A DNA stretch of 58,684 nucleotides from Octopus bimaculoides (lineage: Eukaryota): assembly GCF_001194135.2 (NCBI RefSeq), contig NC_068989.1, positions 11,821,031-11,879,714 on the forward strand, read 5' to 3'. The position numbers were made by a program, and so were the translations under genes. The notes under the pieces were generated by a model. The model saw only the letters and a program-made list of their open reading frames with translations, searched no databases and was not told where the DNA came from. Below, one piece after another: positions 1 through 12,535 of the stretch (position 1 is its first letter; each line of letters begins with the position of its first letter).

Positions 1-3
1 ATA

Positions 4-39
<36 letters not shown>

Positions 40-43
<4 letters not shown>

Positions 44-200
44 CGAGGGGTTTCTTTCAATTTCCTTCTATGTAACCCGAATCCGAATCTGCTTTCGAGG
101 CTATAATAGAAAAAATTTAGTCAACGGGCCATGCTGTGGGAACGAACTCGGAAGCCTGTTGTAGAGAAGCAAACTTCTTACCTCACATCCATGGCTGCGC
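40..200 (-). mobile_element. SINE family A, degenerate 5' half
   Basis: Diverged match to the 5' half of the 55873-56308 copy (tttctttcaatttcc...gaggctataatagaa...gcgcct). Confidence 0.6.
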
Positions 201-865
201 CTTTCACTCTCCTCCCTCCCTCTCTCTCTCTGTGCACACATACACACACATATTTATGTATTTATGTACACACACTTATACATATGTACGCGTCCACAAA
301 TATATGTGTATGTACATATGTATTTATTTATACTTGCATGAAAAGACACAGTCACAGACACACGAGCACACAAATGCACACATGTAGCAAAGACACGACT
401 ATGTTCTATTATGTTCGGACACAGTCGTATTTTCAATATAACTTGTTTGGAAGAAAGCTGTGCCCTACATTATAAATGTTTGCATACATGCGTATACACA
501 TATGTATGTATACGCATGTACACACACAGATATATATATATATATCTATACGTATGTACACACCTACATGCAGTCATACATAATTTGTATACATACTCGT
601 ATAAATAGTCGTAGAACTCTTTAATAAAACGAAACTTCGTTGCAATTTGAACGGATGAATATATCACGCTATATCACACCACACTCTTGTATTATGTTGC
701 CCGTATACTAACACGTTTCTTTTTATTATTTATATCCTTCATTTCTTCATTGTATGTAATAATATATTTTTAACTAGCGCAATTTGTCAAAAATATCACG
801 TTAACTGCACAGAGAGTGTCATTAAACGTGTGCAATTTATTATATCTGTTTATTGTTATAAGAAA

Positions 866-1381
<516 letters not shown>

Positions 1382-1924
1382 TTCATTTTTTTATTTACAT
1401 CATTTCATTTAACACTTTTTCAAGATGTCATGCTGATAAAAAAAAAAAGCACAATGGAAAAAAATAATAATAATAATAATAATAATTTTTTTCTATTATT
1501 TACGTAACACTAAGAGTGTCACAACATGGAATTCTCTTCCTTGGATTTCGTATTCTTCCCTAATGACTAACTTCTAAACCGCAACGCGTAAAAAACATAA
1601 TTTGTGTTGTGACAAAGTCAAGTCTCCAATTGATGGTATTGTGAGAGCAACAATTGGCTAATTTGAACAGCTGAATAAAAACTCAACTTTACAGCGGTCA
1701 CTCCTGTCAAACTCTGGCAGATGATGGAATTTCGGCTTAAGATCAAAGGTAAACTACAATATAATTCTTTCTTTATAGAGTTCCTTATTTCATTCTATCT
1801 TCTTTACATTCGTACCCCCTTTTTATATATATATATAATTCTTTGTTTTTTATTTGTTTCTTTTGAGCTTTTACTCGTTTTTCGTTCCTTTCTATTCTTA
1901 TCTTTTCTTTCTTCTTTATTTTAA

Positions 1925-1925
1925 C

Positions 1926-2006
<81 letters not shown>

Positions 2007-2011
2007 AATCA

Positions 2012-2071
<60 letters not shown>

Positions 2072-2072
2072 G

Positions 2073-2124
<52 letters not shown>

Positions 2125-2140
2125 TATATCTGTCTGTCTA
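1925..2140. repeat. (TCTA)n followed by (CA)n
   Basis: Seen directly. Confidence 0.95.
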
Positions 2141-2600
2141 TCTACCTCCCTATATTTCTAGTTGTTGGTCTCTCTGTCTATCCATCGATCTACTTTCCTT
2201 TCTTTCTTTTATTCTTCCATCCTTTTTCTTTTTTTGTTCTTTCTTATCCCATTCCTTTCCTTATTTCGTTCGTTCCCATTCTTCCCAACCGTACGCTATA
2301 TACAACACCGTCATTCTTTGATTTTAGAAATGTCAAAATTCTATGATTAAAGTTCCAGATATTTAGGATCACAAGTCATAATGTTAAAGAGTTGCAGTTG
2401 TCTGCGTCGATAAAGTGTCGGACTACGAGCCGAATAGTTGATAGTTCGTATCTCGTTGTCACTTGATATTGCAAAGAACCCATAGAAAAACAAAAGAAAA
2501 GAACTTATCAACCTCGTCCACCATATTGTACGCATAAGACAATTGAAAGTAAACACTGGAAAAATGACGAGCGTTTCATTAATTAGCATCAAAAAACCAA

Positions 2601-2742
2601 ATGCACCCTTTTTAAAGCCTAGCCAGGCTCATGGGCCCGGTTTAAATGGCGTACGTGTACCCCAGCTGGATGGGACGCCAGTCCATCGCCGCGTTGCTTA
2701 TTTTTGCCAGCTGAGCGGACTGGAGCAACGTGAAATGAAGTT
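2601..2742 (-). mobile_element. SINE family C fragment (head type H2 body + tail T2)
   Basis: Reverse complement of the tail gggaaacc...cccatgagcctggctaggctttaaaaaggg seen at 50700-50752, joined to the body tttcacgttgctccagtccgctcagctggcaaaaa. Confidence 0.8.
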
Positions 2743-2861
2743 GAATTCGTTTATTAGTATAAGATTAGAGTAGAAAAAATAGAACTTAACTCACACATAT
2801 ATGTTTGTTCTTCCCTAAATATGCACGTTTGCGCACGCATGTACACATACACGCACATTTA

Positions 2862-3186
2862 CTGGTACTCCGTCAGTTACGACGACAGGGTTTCCAGTTG
2901 ATGCGATCGCCGGAACAGCCTGCTCGTGAAATTAACGTGGCTGAACACTCCACAGACACGCGTACCTCTAACGTAGGTCTCAGGGAGATTCAGTGTGACA
3001 CAGAATAACAAGGCTGTCCTTTGAAATACAGGTACTACTCGTACTATTCATTTTTGCCAGCTGAGTGGACTGGAGCAGCGTGAAATAAAGTGCCTTGTTT
3101 AAAGGACACAACACTCTGCCAGGGATCGAACTCACAATCTTACGATGTGAGCCGAATGCCCTAACCACTAAGCCACGCGCCTTCAC
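2862..3186 (-). mobile_element. SINE family C, near full length (H2 + tail T1)
   Basis: tRNA-like head with A box (tggcttagtggttagg) and B box (gagttcgatccc), CORE-like gtgttgtgtcctttaaacaaggcactttatttcacg, and T1 tail shared with 30894-31281. Confidence 0.85.
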
Positions 3187-3319
3187 TCGCACATATACAC
3201 GCACATATACATACATATATATATATATATGCATTCAGCTAAGTTGCTCGAGTTTGAATGAGGGGAAAAGTTCAGAGAGCTAACAACAATGGAGTTTGTT
3301 GAGGGTTAGTTGACATTGA

Positions 3320-3632
3320 TGCTTCTACATTCGAAATGAGATGTTCGACAGGGTACGTATATCGTAGACCAAAGGGTTTCTCAAAGTCGAGCGGCTACTT
3401 TTCTGCATTTATAAGTCACAGCTCCGGTACGACGAGTATGTAAGTAGAATACCGGAAGAAAGAGTCGCAAAATAAATTCTTGAACCAAGTTAACCGACAA
3501 GAGATGAAGGGGTAGACTACAAGCGAGGTGGCTGGGTATTCTCCGTAGTTATTATTGGCCACGGTTAGGAATCTACCAGGAAACTATAAGGAAGATTTCT
3601 GCTTCAGGACTGTATCTCTCACGACCTTCTCA
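3320..3632 (+). mobile_element. RTE-clade LINE 3' end remnant (pseudogenised ORF C-terminus)
   Basis: Translates as FEMRC...LKVERLLFCIYKSQLRYDEYVSRIPEERVAK*IL then, after a frameshift, RGRLQARWLGILRSYYWPRLGI. This matches the RTE C-terminal pattern EMR..LNVEPLLLRIERSQLRWFGHV.RMP.ER...RGRPR.RW...W.RLG as I recall it. Confidence 0.75.
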
Positions 3633-3643
3633 TGAATATATAT

Positions 3644-3707
3644 AGGGAGAATTCACGAAAAAACAACAGACTAAGACAGGTGGTGTAAACAACAGATGGA
3701 TATATAT
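3644..3707 (-). mobile_element. Repeat P (Penelope-like terminal repeat), 3' part, running into gap
   Basis: Reverse complement matches 21527-21584 (tttacaccacctgtc.t.gtctgttgtt...ttctc). Confidence 0.7.
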
Positions 3708-4894
3708 NNNNNNNNNNNNNNNNNNNNNNNNNNNNNNNNNNNNNNNNNNNNNNNNNNNNNNNNNNNNNNNNNNNNNNNNNNNNNNNNNNNNNNNNNNNNN
3801 NNNNNNNNNNNNNNNNNNNNNNNNNNNNNNNNNNNNNNNNNNNNNNNNNNNNNNNNNNNNNNNNNNNNNNNNNNNNNNNNNNNNNNNNNNNNNNNNNNNN
3901 NNNNNNNNNNNNNNNNNNNNNNNNNNNNNNNNNNNNNNNNNNNNNNNNNNNNNNNNNNNNNNNNNNNNNNNNNNNNNNNNNNNNNNNNNNNNNNNNNNNN
4001 NNNNNNNNNNNNNNNNNNNNNNNNNNNNNNNNNNNNNNNNNNNNNNNNNNNNNNNNNNNNNNNNNNNNNNNNNNNNNNNNNNNNNNNNNNTATATATATA
4101 TATACATATATATATATACAGCGACGGTAGAAGGACAAAGTAAAAATTCAGTATCCGACATTTGTTATCTGCTGTCTCTTGATGGAATAAACAAACGTGT
4201 ATTCCACCTAAAAACAACGTTGAAAAATTACTCGAGGCAATATATTGATGTGGAAAGAAATATATAAGAAAAGAAAAATAATCAGTACAAAGTAAAAGTG
4301 GGAAGAAGAAGGAATTACAAAATTCCTATAGAAATTCTCAAGTTGTTTTCCATCTGGTGAAGATGACACTTTCTCTGTTCACTTTTTAGAAGGACGAAGC
4401 TTAAGGAAAAAAAAAAAGAAGAAAAACCCGAAACAACTTAACTTGTCTTTTATATTTTACTTGGTTGTTGGTTCGTCACAGCTCGCAACCATACGACGTA
4501 AGTGACGATCCAGAGCATAGTTTTGTCTTACGATCTAAAGAGTGGTGGTTCCTGTGCTATTCTACTAGAACACCATTAATCATAACTAATAACGTTTCTA
4601 AAATGAGATAGATTCTTGCGGCGTGAGAACAGGGTTCTGACATTCCATAAAAGGATTCTGAGTGTTCAAGAAAGGAGATACGCGGTAGAAGCATAAGACA
4701 GATAACTGACAGTATGGAAAGTGTTAATAAAATCTAACTGATCAAATATGAATAGAAAGTTCAGCCCATGCTGAGCAAAAATACTATCAAAGGCGCTACA
4801 TCTTTTTTTTAATCACTGAGCCGTATGTAATATTACATTAAATGTGTTTTTTTTTTCCTTAGAGTGATGGGACACAGTTTGTATCAGTGATTCT

Positions 4895-5265
4895 TCTCTT
4901 GACTGGTAACAGCATTCACTCAGAAGGGGTTCAGCTGGCATCACGGTCAAGGCGGTCTACGAGTGTCTGTCGAAGCCATTCCCGGATCCAGCGACGAACG
5001 CCAAAGACTCGAGTGTCGGAAACAAACTCCATATCTACTTTGATTGTCGTGAGCCACGTCTTCAGCTGACCACCTCTCTGCTTACGTCAACCCGGGGTGG
5101 GTGGGATCTGGTGTTTTAGTCTTCTGATTGTGTTCGTCATTGGGTCGCCGCAATGCATGACCAAGCCACCCAAGTTTCCTTGTCAGAAGAGTCTCCTCAA
5201 GAGGTAAGACACTGCAGCGAGCGAGCGTGAAGTTGGTTCGAAACGCAATCGTTCGGATCAATAAT
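4895..5265 (-). mobile_element. RTE-clade LINE 3' end remnant (second subfamily)
   Basis: Minus strand reads PLEETLLTRKLGWLGHALRRP then, after a frameshift, RKQRGGQLKTWLTTIKVDMEFVSDTRVFGVRRWIREW. The WLGH and RRGGQ.KTW motifs are typical of RTE C-termini. Confidence 0.8.
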
Positions 5266-5419
5266 TAGGGGTAGTTATTGTTCCATTGGAGTACTAAGCT
5301 GTGGGGACAACATATCCCTCGCAAACCTTTCTTTCTTCTGTACCAAATGTAGTAAACTTCAATTATTTAAATCTTCATTGCTACTATTGTTGTTGTTGCT
5401 GCTGCTGCCGTTAATTTTA

Positions 5420-5580
5420 CTCCACATGAATCCTGATGAAGCGGATCTACGATCAAAGCCATTCTTGAAAGACAGTGCTTACAGGATTACATTATTCAAT
5501 ATATTCTACTCTTAAGACTGTTGGAATCTTGTTTGAAGTAGATCTGGTCACCGTTTCTTGTAAATCGATTGAGCACGCAA
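5420..5580 (+). repeat. Unclassified interspersed repeat E (other copies ~9605-9675 +, ~12070-12230 -, ~39030-39240 -)
   Basis: Shared diverged motifs cctga(t)..agc.gacctatgatcaaag and aga.tt.gctgctatttctag, seen by eye. Confidence 0.5.
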
Positions 5581-5724
5581 AGGCTCTCTCAATGGTTTGT
5601 TGTAATCTTAATTGTCATTAACTGTTGTTGTTTTGCCTCTCACCAGCTTCGATTGAATATCTTTAAAGGTTTTTCCAGTTCCGTCCTGTAATTTTATGGG
5701 TTTCGAAGACTACATAGTATACTG

Positions 5725-6125
5725 TTTACTCTTACTCTTTACTCTTTTACTTATTTCAGTCATTTGACTACGGCCATGCTGGAACACCGCCTTTAGTCGA
5801 GCAAATCGATCCCAGGACTTATTCTTTGTAAGCCTAGTACTTATTTTTTCGTTCTCTTTTACCGAATGGCTAAGTTACAGGGATGTAAACACACCAATGT
5901 CGGTTGTCAAGCGCTGTTGGGGGACAAACAGACACACAAACATATACACACACATGCATGTACATATATATATATATATATATACATATACGACGGGCTT
6001 CTTTCAGTTTCCGTCTACCAAATCCACTCACAAGGCTTTGGTCGGCCCGAGGCTATAGTAGAAGACACTTGCCCACGGTGCCATGGAGTGGGACTGGACC
6101 CGAGACCATGTGGTTGGTAAGCACT
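5725..6125 (-). mobile_element. SINE family A, nearly full length, with internal (CA)/(TA) microsatellite
   Basis: Tail (tttactc)n, 3' domain ...gagcaaatcgatcccagg..., 5' domain with B box; high similarity to 55873-56308. Confidence 0.9.
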
Positions 6126-6199
6126 TTACGCTTCCCGACCTCTAAAGCATCGTCCAGGACGTCATCATTTCCGCTTCGCCAGACGGTAAAATCATCGTC

Positions 6200-6600
6200 A
6201 CCATCAGTTCTGTTTGTTAGCAGTAAGAAGTTAAAATATGGCAATAGCTTGGTTTCACTTTAAACATAGATAACAAGGACCAGAACCGCGAAGAAAATCA
6301 TAAGGATTTTGTCATATTTACTTAATGAAAAACGTATGTTGGTGTCTGAGTCCCATAAGCTTCTCATAGCCGTAAAGAGTACGAGAACAGCTTTTGTTAA
6401 AACATCTGTAGCATAAAAAGTTCCTTCAACTACTTCACGTTGACTTATTCTTACCCAAATCACGATGGTTAAACCCTTCAAGGAAGGAGCCTCTATGTGG
6501 TCCTTAGAGTTGTTAGAAAGAACAGTCACACGCTTGCGAATTTCACCCGACCGCTCGAAAAGTACATGACATTAAACACCGAAGCCCTAGAAATCACTCA
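6200..6600 (-). mobile_element. Probable Penelope-like element GIY-YIG endonuclease remnant
   Basis: Minus-strand frames give GLRCLMSCTFRAV, GFNHRD, TAMRSLWD..NIRFSL and NPYDFLRGSGPCYLCLK*. These resemble the Penelope C-terminus (CL..S.VY.A.V / SF.H / T.LSK.IW.LKD.N..F.I.W / PY..GS..C.LCL.E). Heavily decayed. Confidence 0.4.
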
Positions 6601-7094
6601 ATAAATGGAATGGCCACGGGGAATTACCTTTTGAGCATCGATCTGTTTGTTCGTTGAGGGCTAACCTCAGGCTTAATAACAACATCGACAATAACATTAA
6701 CGCCAACAACTTCAAACATGTCCAAACAAGCACGATGGAATAACAGCCTAAAGACGTTTGCCAGATTCGATCTGTAAGACCTCTAGAGCCACCAGGGAGT
6801 CAAATACGATACCACTAAGGTGGAAACGTATGTTTACAAATATAATTGTGTTTAATTATGATAAAGCAAATTCCTTTGAAAGCTGAATCTCTTTCATTAA
6901 CAACTTTATAGAAGTATCTTTAATGTACCCATCAACCTTGGTCTCTTGCCAAGTGTCATCATATCAAATAATTCTGTTGTATTGACATTTCATATTTAAT
7001 TAGATTCCCATATAATAGCTTGAGGTCATGACCAATTCTTTGAACTTTGATTAATTTCAAACGAAATTACACAACTACACGATTTCACAAAAGC

Positions 7095-7255
7095 GCTGGC
7101 ATATCTGTGTGGTTAATAATACGCTTGTTTTGCAACCAAGGGGCGTTTAGACTGCGGCCTTGAACCCTGTGGGTAAATGTGTATATTTTGTAGTAGCCTC
7201 AAGTTTGCCAGTGATTTATAGACGGAGACTGTATGGAAACTTGTGCTGTATGTAT
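7095..7255 (+). mobile_element. SINE family A, old degenerate 5' half
   Basis: tgtgtggttaataa..gcttg...caacca...gtgatttatagacggagactg...; followed by (GT)n. Confidence 0.55.
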
Positions 7256-7314
7256 GTTTATGAATATACGTGAATGTGTGTGCGTGTGCGTGCGTGCGTG
7301 TTTGTGTGTGCGTA

Positions 7315-7359
<45 letters not shown>

Positions 7360-7401
7360 GGAGAGTCACTGTGAGTATACCGGAAATAGAGATGTGTTGA
7401 G

Positions 7402-7634
7402 ATGGCGGCCAGCTGGCAGAACCGTTAGCACGCCGGGCGAAATGCTTAGCAGTATTTCGTCTGCCGTTACGTTCTGAGTTCAAATTCCGCCGTGGTCGAC
7501 TTTGTCTTTCATCCTTTTGGGGTCGATAAATTAAGTACCAGTTACGCACTGGGATCGATGTAATCGACTTAATCCCTTTGTCTGTCCTTGTTTGTCCCCT
7601 CAATGTTTAGCCCCCTGTGGGCAATAAAGAAATA
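7402..7634 (+). mobile_element. SINE family B (B1 tail), full length with 14-bp TSD
   Basis: A-box-like tggcagaaccgttag and B-box gagttcaaattcc. TSD agagatgtgttgag at 7388-7401 and 7635-7648. Confidence 0.92.
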
Positions 7635-7714
7635 AGAGATGTGTTGAGCTTCAGATCTTTAAGTCAAAGTTAGTTTAGATATTTGTTAATAGAAGTCGAT
7701 AAAAAAAATACCTC

Positions 7715-7744
<30 letters not shown>

Positions 7745-7749
<5 letters not shown>

Positions 7750-7979
7750 CAAGGAATATATATACATGTATACACACATATATGTACATACTTACATCTA
7801 CATGTGTATATATATGCATATCAGGGTACAGGACGTTAGAACAATAAACTACAGACAACGGAACGAACACATAGGAAAACGGAAAGCCACTTGGAATATC
7901 CCTTCATCAGCTGTCTCTATTCTATCTAGACGTTTCGAAGATAAGACAGAACGTACTCTAGAATAGTCTCTTCCTGATA
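7745..7979. repeat. 235-bp block including repeat H, identical copy at 8574-8808
   Basis: Exact duplication across an N gap. The repeat starts atcagggtacaggacgtt; a diverged copy lies at 53643-53985. Confidence 0.85.
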
Positions 7980-8471
7980 NNNNNNNNNNNNNNNNNNNNN
8001 NNNNNNNNNNNNNNNNNNNNNNNNNNNNNNNNNNNNNNNNNNNNNNNNNNNNNNNNNNNNNNNNNNNNNNNNNNNNNNNNNNNNNNNNNNNNNNNNNNNN
8101 NNNNNNNNNNNNNNNNNNNNNNNNNNNNNNNNNNNNNNNNNNNNNNNNNNNNNNNNNNNNNNNNNNNNNNNNNNNNNNNNNNNNNNNNNNNNNNNNNNNN
8201 NNNNNNNNNNNNNNNNNNNNNNNNNNNNNNNNNNNNNNNNNNNNNNNNNNNNNNNNNNNNNNNNNNNNNNNNNNNNNNNNNNNNNNNNNNNNNNNNNNNN
8301 NNNNNNNNNNNNNNNNNNNNNNNNNNNNNNNNNNNNNNNNNNNNNNNNNNNNNNNNNNNNNNNNNNNNNNNNNNNNNNNNNNNNNNNNNNNNNNNNNNNN
8401 NNNNNNNNNNNNNNNNNNNNNNNNNNNNNNNNNNNNNNNNNNNNNNNNNNNNNNNNNNNNNNNNGATAGAC

Positions 8472-8506
<35 letters not shown>

Positions 8507-8973
8507 AAGATAGTCACGTCAGAATAATAGTAGACTTACTTGCAAAAAAGGACGTGTGCGTTCAATAATGTAATAATACAAGGAATATATATACATGTAT
8601 ACACACATATATGTACATACTTACATCTACATGTGTATATATATGCATATCAGGGTACAGGACGTTAGAACAATAAACTACAGACAACGGAACGAACACA
8701 TAGGAAAACGGAAAGCCACTTGGAATATCCCTTCATCAGCTGTCTCTATTCTATCTAGACGTTTCGAAGATAAGACAGAACGTACTCTAGAATAGTCTCT
8801 TCCTGATATATGTGTGTGTACACACGCACACGCTCACACACACACGTATACACAGTATATTTAAAAGTCTTTTTGATAAATTATTTGATACAGTTTTACC
8901 AAGTATAAAGAAGATTTCTTTAAAAATGTATGTTTTTTAAAAGTTGTAAATTCTTTATCAGAACGTCACTAAC

Positions 8974-9131
<158 letters not shown>

Positions 9132-11098
9132 ATTAGCTAGGTATTTAACAGATGCATTTATAGATCTAAAGCCGTCTGTCTGCTAATGTCTGAGAACGCA
9201 GAGAAAGCTATCCACGGTCGTGTTTTCCCAGTGTTGAGAAATCCACGTATAAAAAGAGAGAAAATTCGACAACAATTATCTATGTCTCAGTTCCTGTGAT
9301 GGCACCAAAGTAACAACCATTTAATTATTGCCTATCTCTAACAATTCGACATTTATATATCCATAATCTTCTTTTATAGCGAGCATATGTCACCGGTTGC
9401 TGACATAATGCTAGAAACTTCTGAAATGCCAGCATTTATTTACGTTTTTTTATTTACTTCTTCTCAAAAGACGTGGTTTTAGTGTCCAACGAGAATGTTA
9501 GATACATACGCAGCGGACATTTGCTGTGTTCATTGAGTGACACGTGACCTTGTGTAACGAATTCGTTGGAATTTTTGTGATCATTGTTATTATATGTTTT
9601 CTTTTTTTAGCTCCAGGCCAGTCATGATCAAGCAGGCCTATGATTAAAGGAATTTACGCCACAACTACCCTTTCATACTGTAACTCTTCGTACATTGTGC
9701 GATGTTTGATTAAAAATATGACGTATGATTCGAGGAAAAATTGTGTGTTATTTATTACAGGTTGAATTACAAAATAGAAACTTAAGTGGTTTTATGTTCT
9801 TTTGTGTTTTTCCTTTTCTTATTTCATTCGTTCCAATTCCTAATGTCTTTCATGAAAATACGAATTTCACATTATCCTGACTTTGGCTACCTACATTTTC
9901 CTATCCAGATTTTCAAACGTGACCTTATGAATTGTACTTAATTATCCAGGCTCAGTCAACACAGAAACCAGCCTGTATTTGTAATTTGAACTCGCGAACT
10001 CCCAATCATTATTAGTTGTTTGCTCTCGAATCCCATTCGACGTCCTGAGACACGCACCCTTTGTGCTCCCCTTCACACTTCTCCGATCATGTTGAAGACG
10101 TGTTACAGTCATACTGGCGTTGGATGAAGACTGCGATATACTTTTCGAAAGGAACCCTCTGCATAAAATCCGAAGGCGTCCCTTGTTAACCCACGTGACC
10201 GACTAAGCAGTGTGATTATTCTTTCGAACACTTGGTTATTCTTTCAAATTCTTTGATCCTCTTCCTTACCCTTTGTTATTCTTTCGAACCTTAGGTTACT
10301 TTAAGTGTAATGACGGTTGATTCTAGTAGGAATTTATGAAAGAAGTGCCTGAGAACTCTACCACAAGAGTCTCTTTGGAATAGTGGGCGAATAAGATGGA
10401 GGAATGCTTGTGGTATTCTTGGGTATGAAGCAATCTCAGTTCTAGATTGAAACTCTTTTATTGCCTGACATTTAAAATTAAAAAAAAACCCCCAAAAACG
10501 GAAGCTAAGACGCATGGAATTCTTAATATCCCATTTACTCTCTTTTAAGTTTACAGTGCTTTTGGACTTTGGTGGCAAATTATTATTTGACTGATAATGG
10601 TAAGTTTATGATGGTACTTACAGTAAAAATGCATTTTGTAATATGTTCAACAAATAAACATCAAACTTTATCTCGAAGAATTTATATAAATCTAAAACTA
10701 CTTAAACAATATTCAAAGAAGAACGTTAACTTCGTTCGCTCTCGCAAACTTTTCCATAGCCGAATGTATTCTTATGAAATGCTTTTAACCAAATTCTTTG
10801 TAACTGACGAAAGCCTGAAGACGAAATAAAAAACAACAACAACGACAGAAACAATAACAATACATAAATAAATAAATAACGATAGAACGAATAAAAGCAA
10901 TTACAAAATACATTAAAAAAAAAAATTAGGAAATATGAAATGAAATGGAAGTAAGGAATTGTTTCAAGATTTCTTGAAACATTTCTGATGTTAGTCGAAG
11001 GGGAAAATATGATAAAAAAACAAAACACCAAAGAACAAAGCAAAACAAAAAAAAAATGATCGATGAAACTCTAAAAACTAGAAGCAAGTAAACAAGCA

Positions 11099-11099
<1 letters not shown>

Positions 11100-11172
<73 letters not shown>

Positions 11173-11235
11173 TAATAATAATAATAATAATAATAATGAT
11201 AATAATAATAATAATAATAATGTAATAAATAATAA
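11100..11235. repeat. (AAT)n microsatellite
   Basis: Seen directly. Confidence 0.95.
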
Positions 11236-11787
11236 CAAAAAAAACTCTTCAAGTGAATTAGAAACATTGAAATATTGTGTGATAAAGAGCAACAGTTGGT
11301 TGATTGACAAGATATGACAAACGTAGAATAGGAACGGCAACAACAGAAAGAGGAGGAGGAAGATCAGGAAGTGGAGGAAGAGGAGGGGTGAGAGGAAGAG
11401 GGGCAAAAAGAGGGAGAAAACGAGGGAGGGGAACAGGGGGAGTGGACAATGGCAATAATATCGACAATATTACTTGAAATGGTATCAACAAAAAACGAAA
11501 ACAAAAACAATATTAACCACACTACCTTCGGAACAACAACAACAACAACAGCAAAAGAGTAATATTGACGCTAACATCTTTAGTAATATATATAATAAAA
11601 CAATAACAACAACGACAATTACAATAACAACAATAACAACTGATATATTCAATAAAATCATGTCCAATAATGACAATAAAACAATAACAACAACAACAAC
11701 AACAACACGAGCAACAGCTAAAATAATAGTTTCAGTAAAGTAGCACAATGTGCCCGAACAACATTAACAACAACAATATCAACTAAA

Positions 11788-12057
11788 CTGGTACTCCGTC
11801 GGTTACGACGGCAAAAGTTCTAGTTTGAGCAAGAGGCTTTATTTCACGTTGCTCCAGCTGGGAAAAATGAGTAGTACTTGTAATTCAAAGGGCCAGCCTT
11901 GTTACGTTCTGTATCACGCTGAGTCTTCTTCAGAGCTATATTACGGGTACGTCTGTCTGTGGAGTATTCAGCCACGTAAACGTTAATTTCACGAGCAGAC
12001 TCTCACGTTGATCGGATCAACTGGAACTCCTCGTCGTCGTAACTGACGAAGTGCTGG
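11788..12057 (+). mobile_element. SINE family C (H2+T1), headless, with an inverted copy of its own tail at the left end
   Basis: 11788-11825 is the reverse complement of the T1 tail; 11825-12057 is plus-strand body and tail. Confidence 0.8.
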
Positions 12058-12236
12058 AATAGACCAACTAGTGAGATTTTACAGCAGTCAATGAAGCTAC
12101 GAGGTGGGGGCCATATGGTTAATCAGCATACTAGAAATCACAGCTAAATCTCTTAGCAATCGCACACAGTTAACCATCTACCATTCGCGAGTAAAAATGG
12201 TTTGGTAAGATGTATTATGCTTTCATTAATATGAGT

Positions 12237-12535
12237 CGGCGAGCTGGCAGAAACATTAACATTGCCTTTCATCCTTTCGGGATCAAGTACCAGTTGCGTA
12301 CGAGTTCGATCTAATCGACTGCCCCGCCTCCCCAGTTATGATAAGAAGCCATGAAAGCCACTGTCTGGTACTGCATCGGTATTATTATCATTATTATTAT
12401 TATTTTTATTATTATTATTATTATTATCCGGGCGAAACTCTTAGCAGTATTTCGTCTGTCTTTACGTTCCGAGTTCAAATTCCGCCGAGGTCGACTTTGC
12501 CTTTCATCCTTTCGGGGTCGATAAATTAAGTACCA
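12237..12535 (+). mobile_element. SINE family B interrupted by a B 3' half plus an inverted repeat-D fragment and (ATT)n
   Basis: Head ggcgagctggcagaaacattaaca resumes at ccgggcgaaa (12427). 12336-12377 is the reverse complement of the 5' end of the 47828 element. Confidence 0.75.

Noticed and set aside
7745-8808. Identical 235-bp direct repeat as a possible LTR pair or recent duplication
   Set aside because: It is 100% identical and the first copy ends exactly at a gap, so an assembly or haplotype artefact is likely. No TG..CA ends or PBS. Needs long reads.
10200-10470. Three ttattctttc(g)aa repeats and a 95-aa minus ORF
   Set aside because: No recognisable motif in any frame, and the repeats are too short and irregular for a CRISPR-like or other array.
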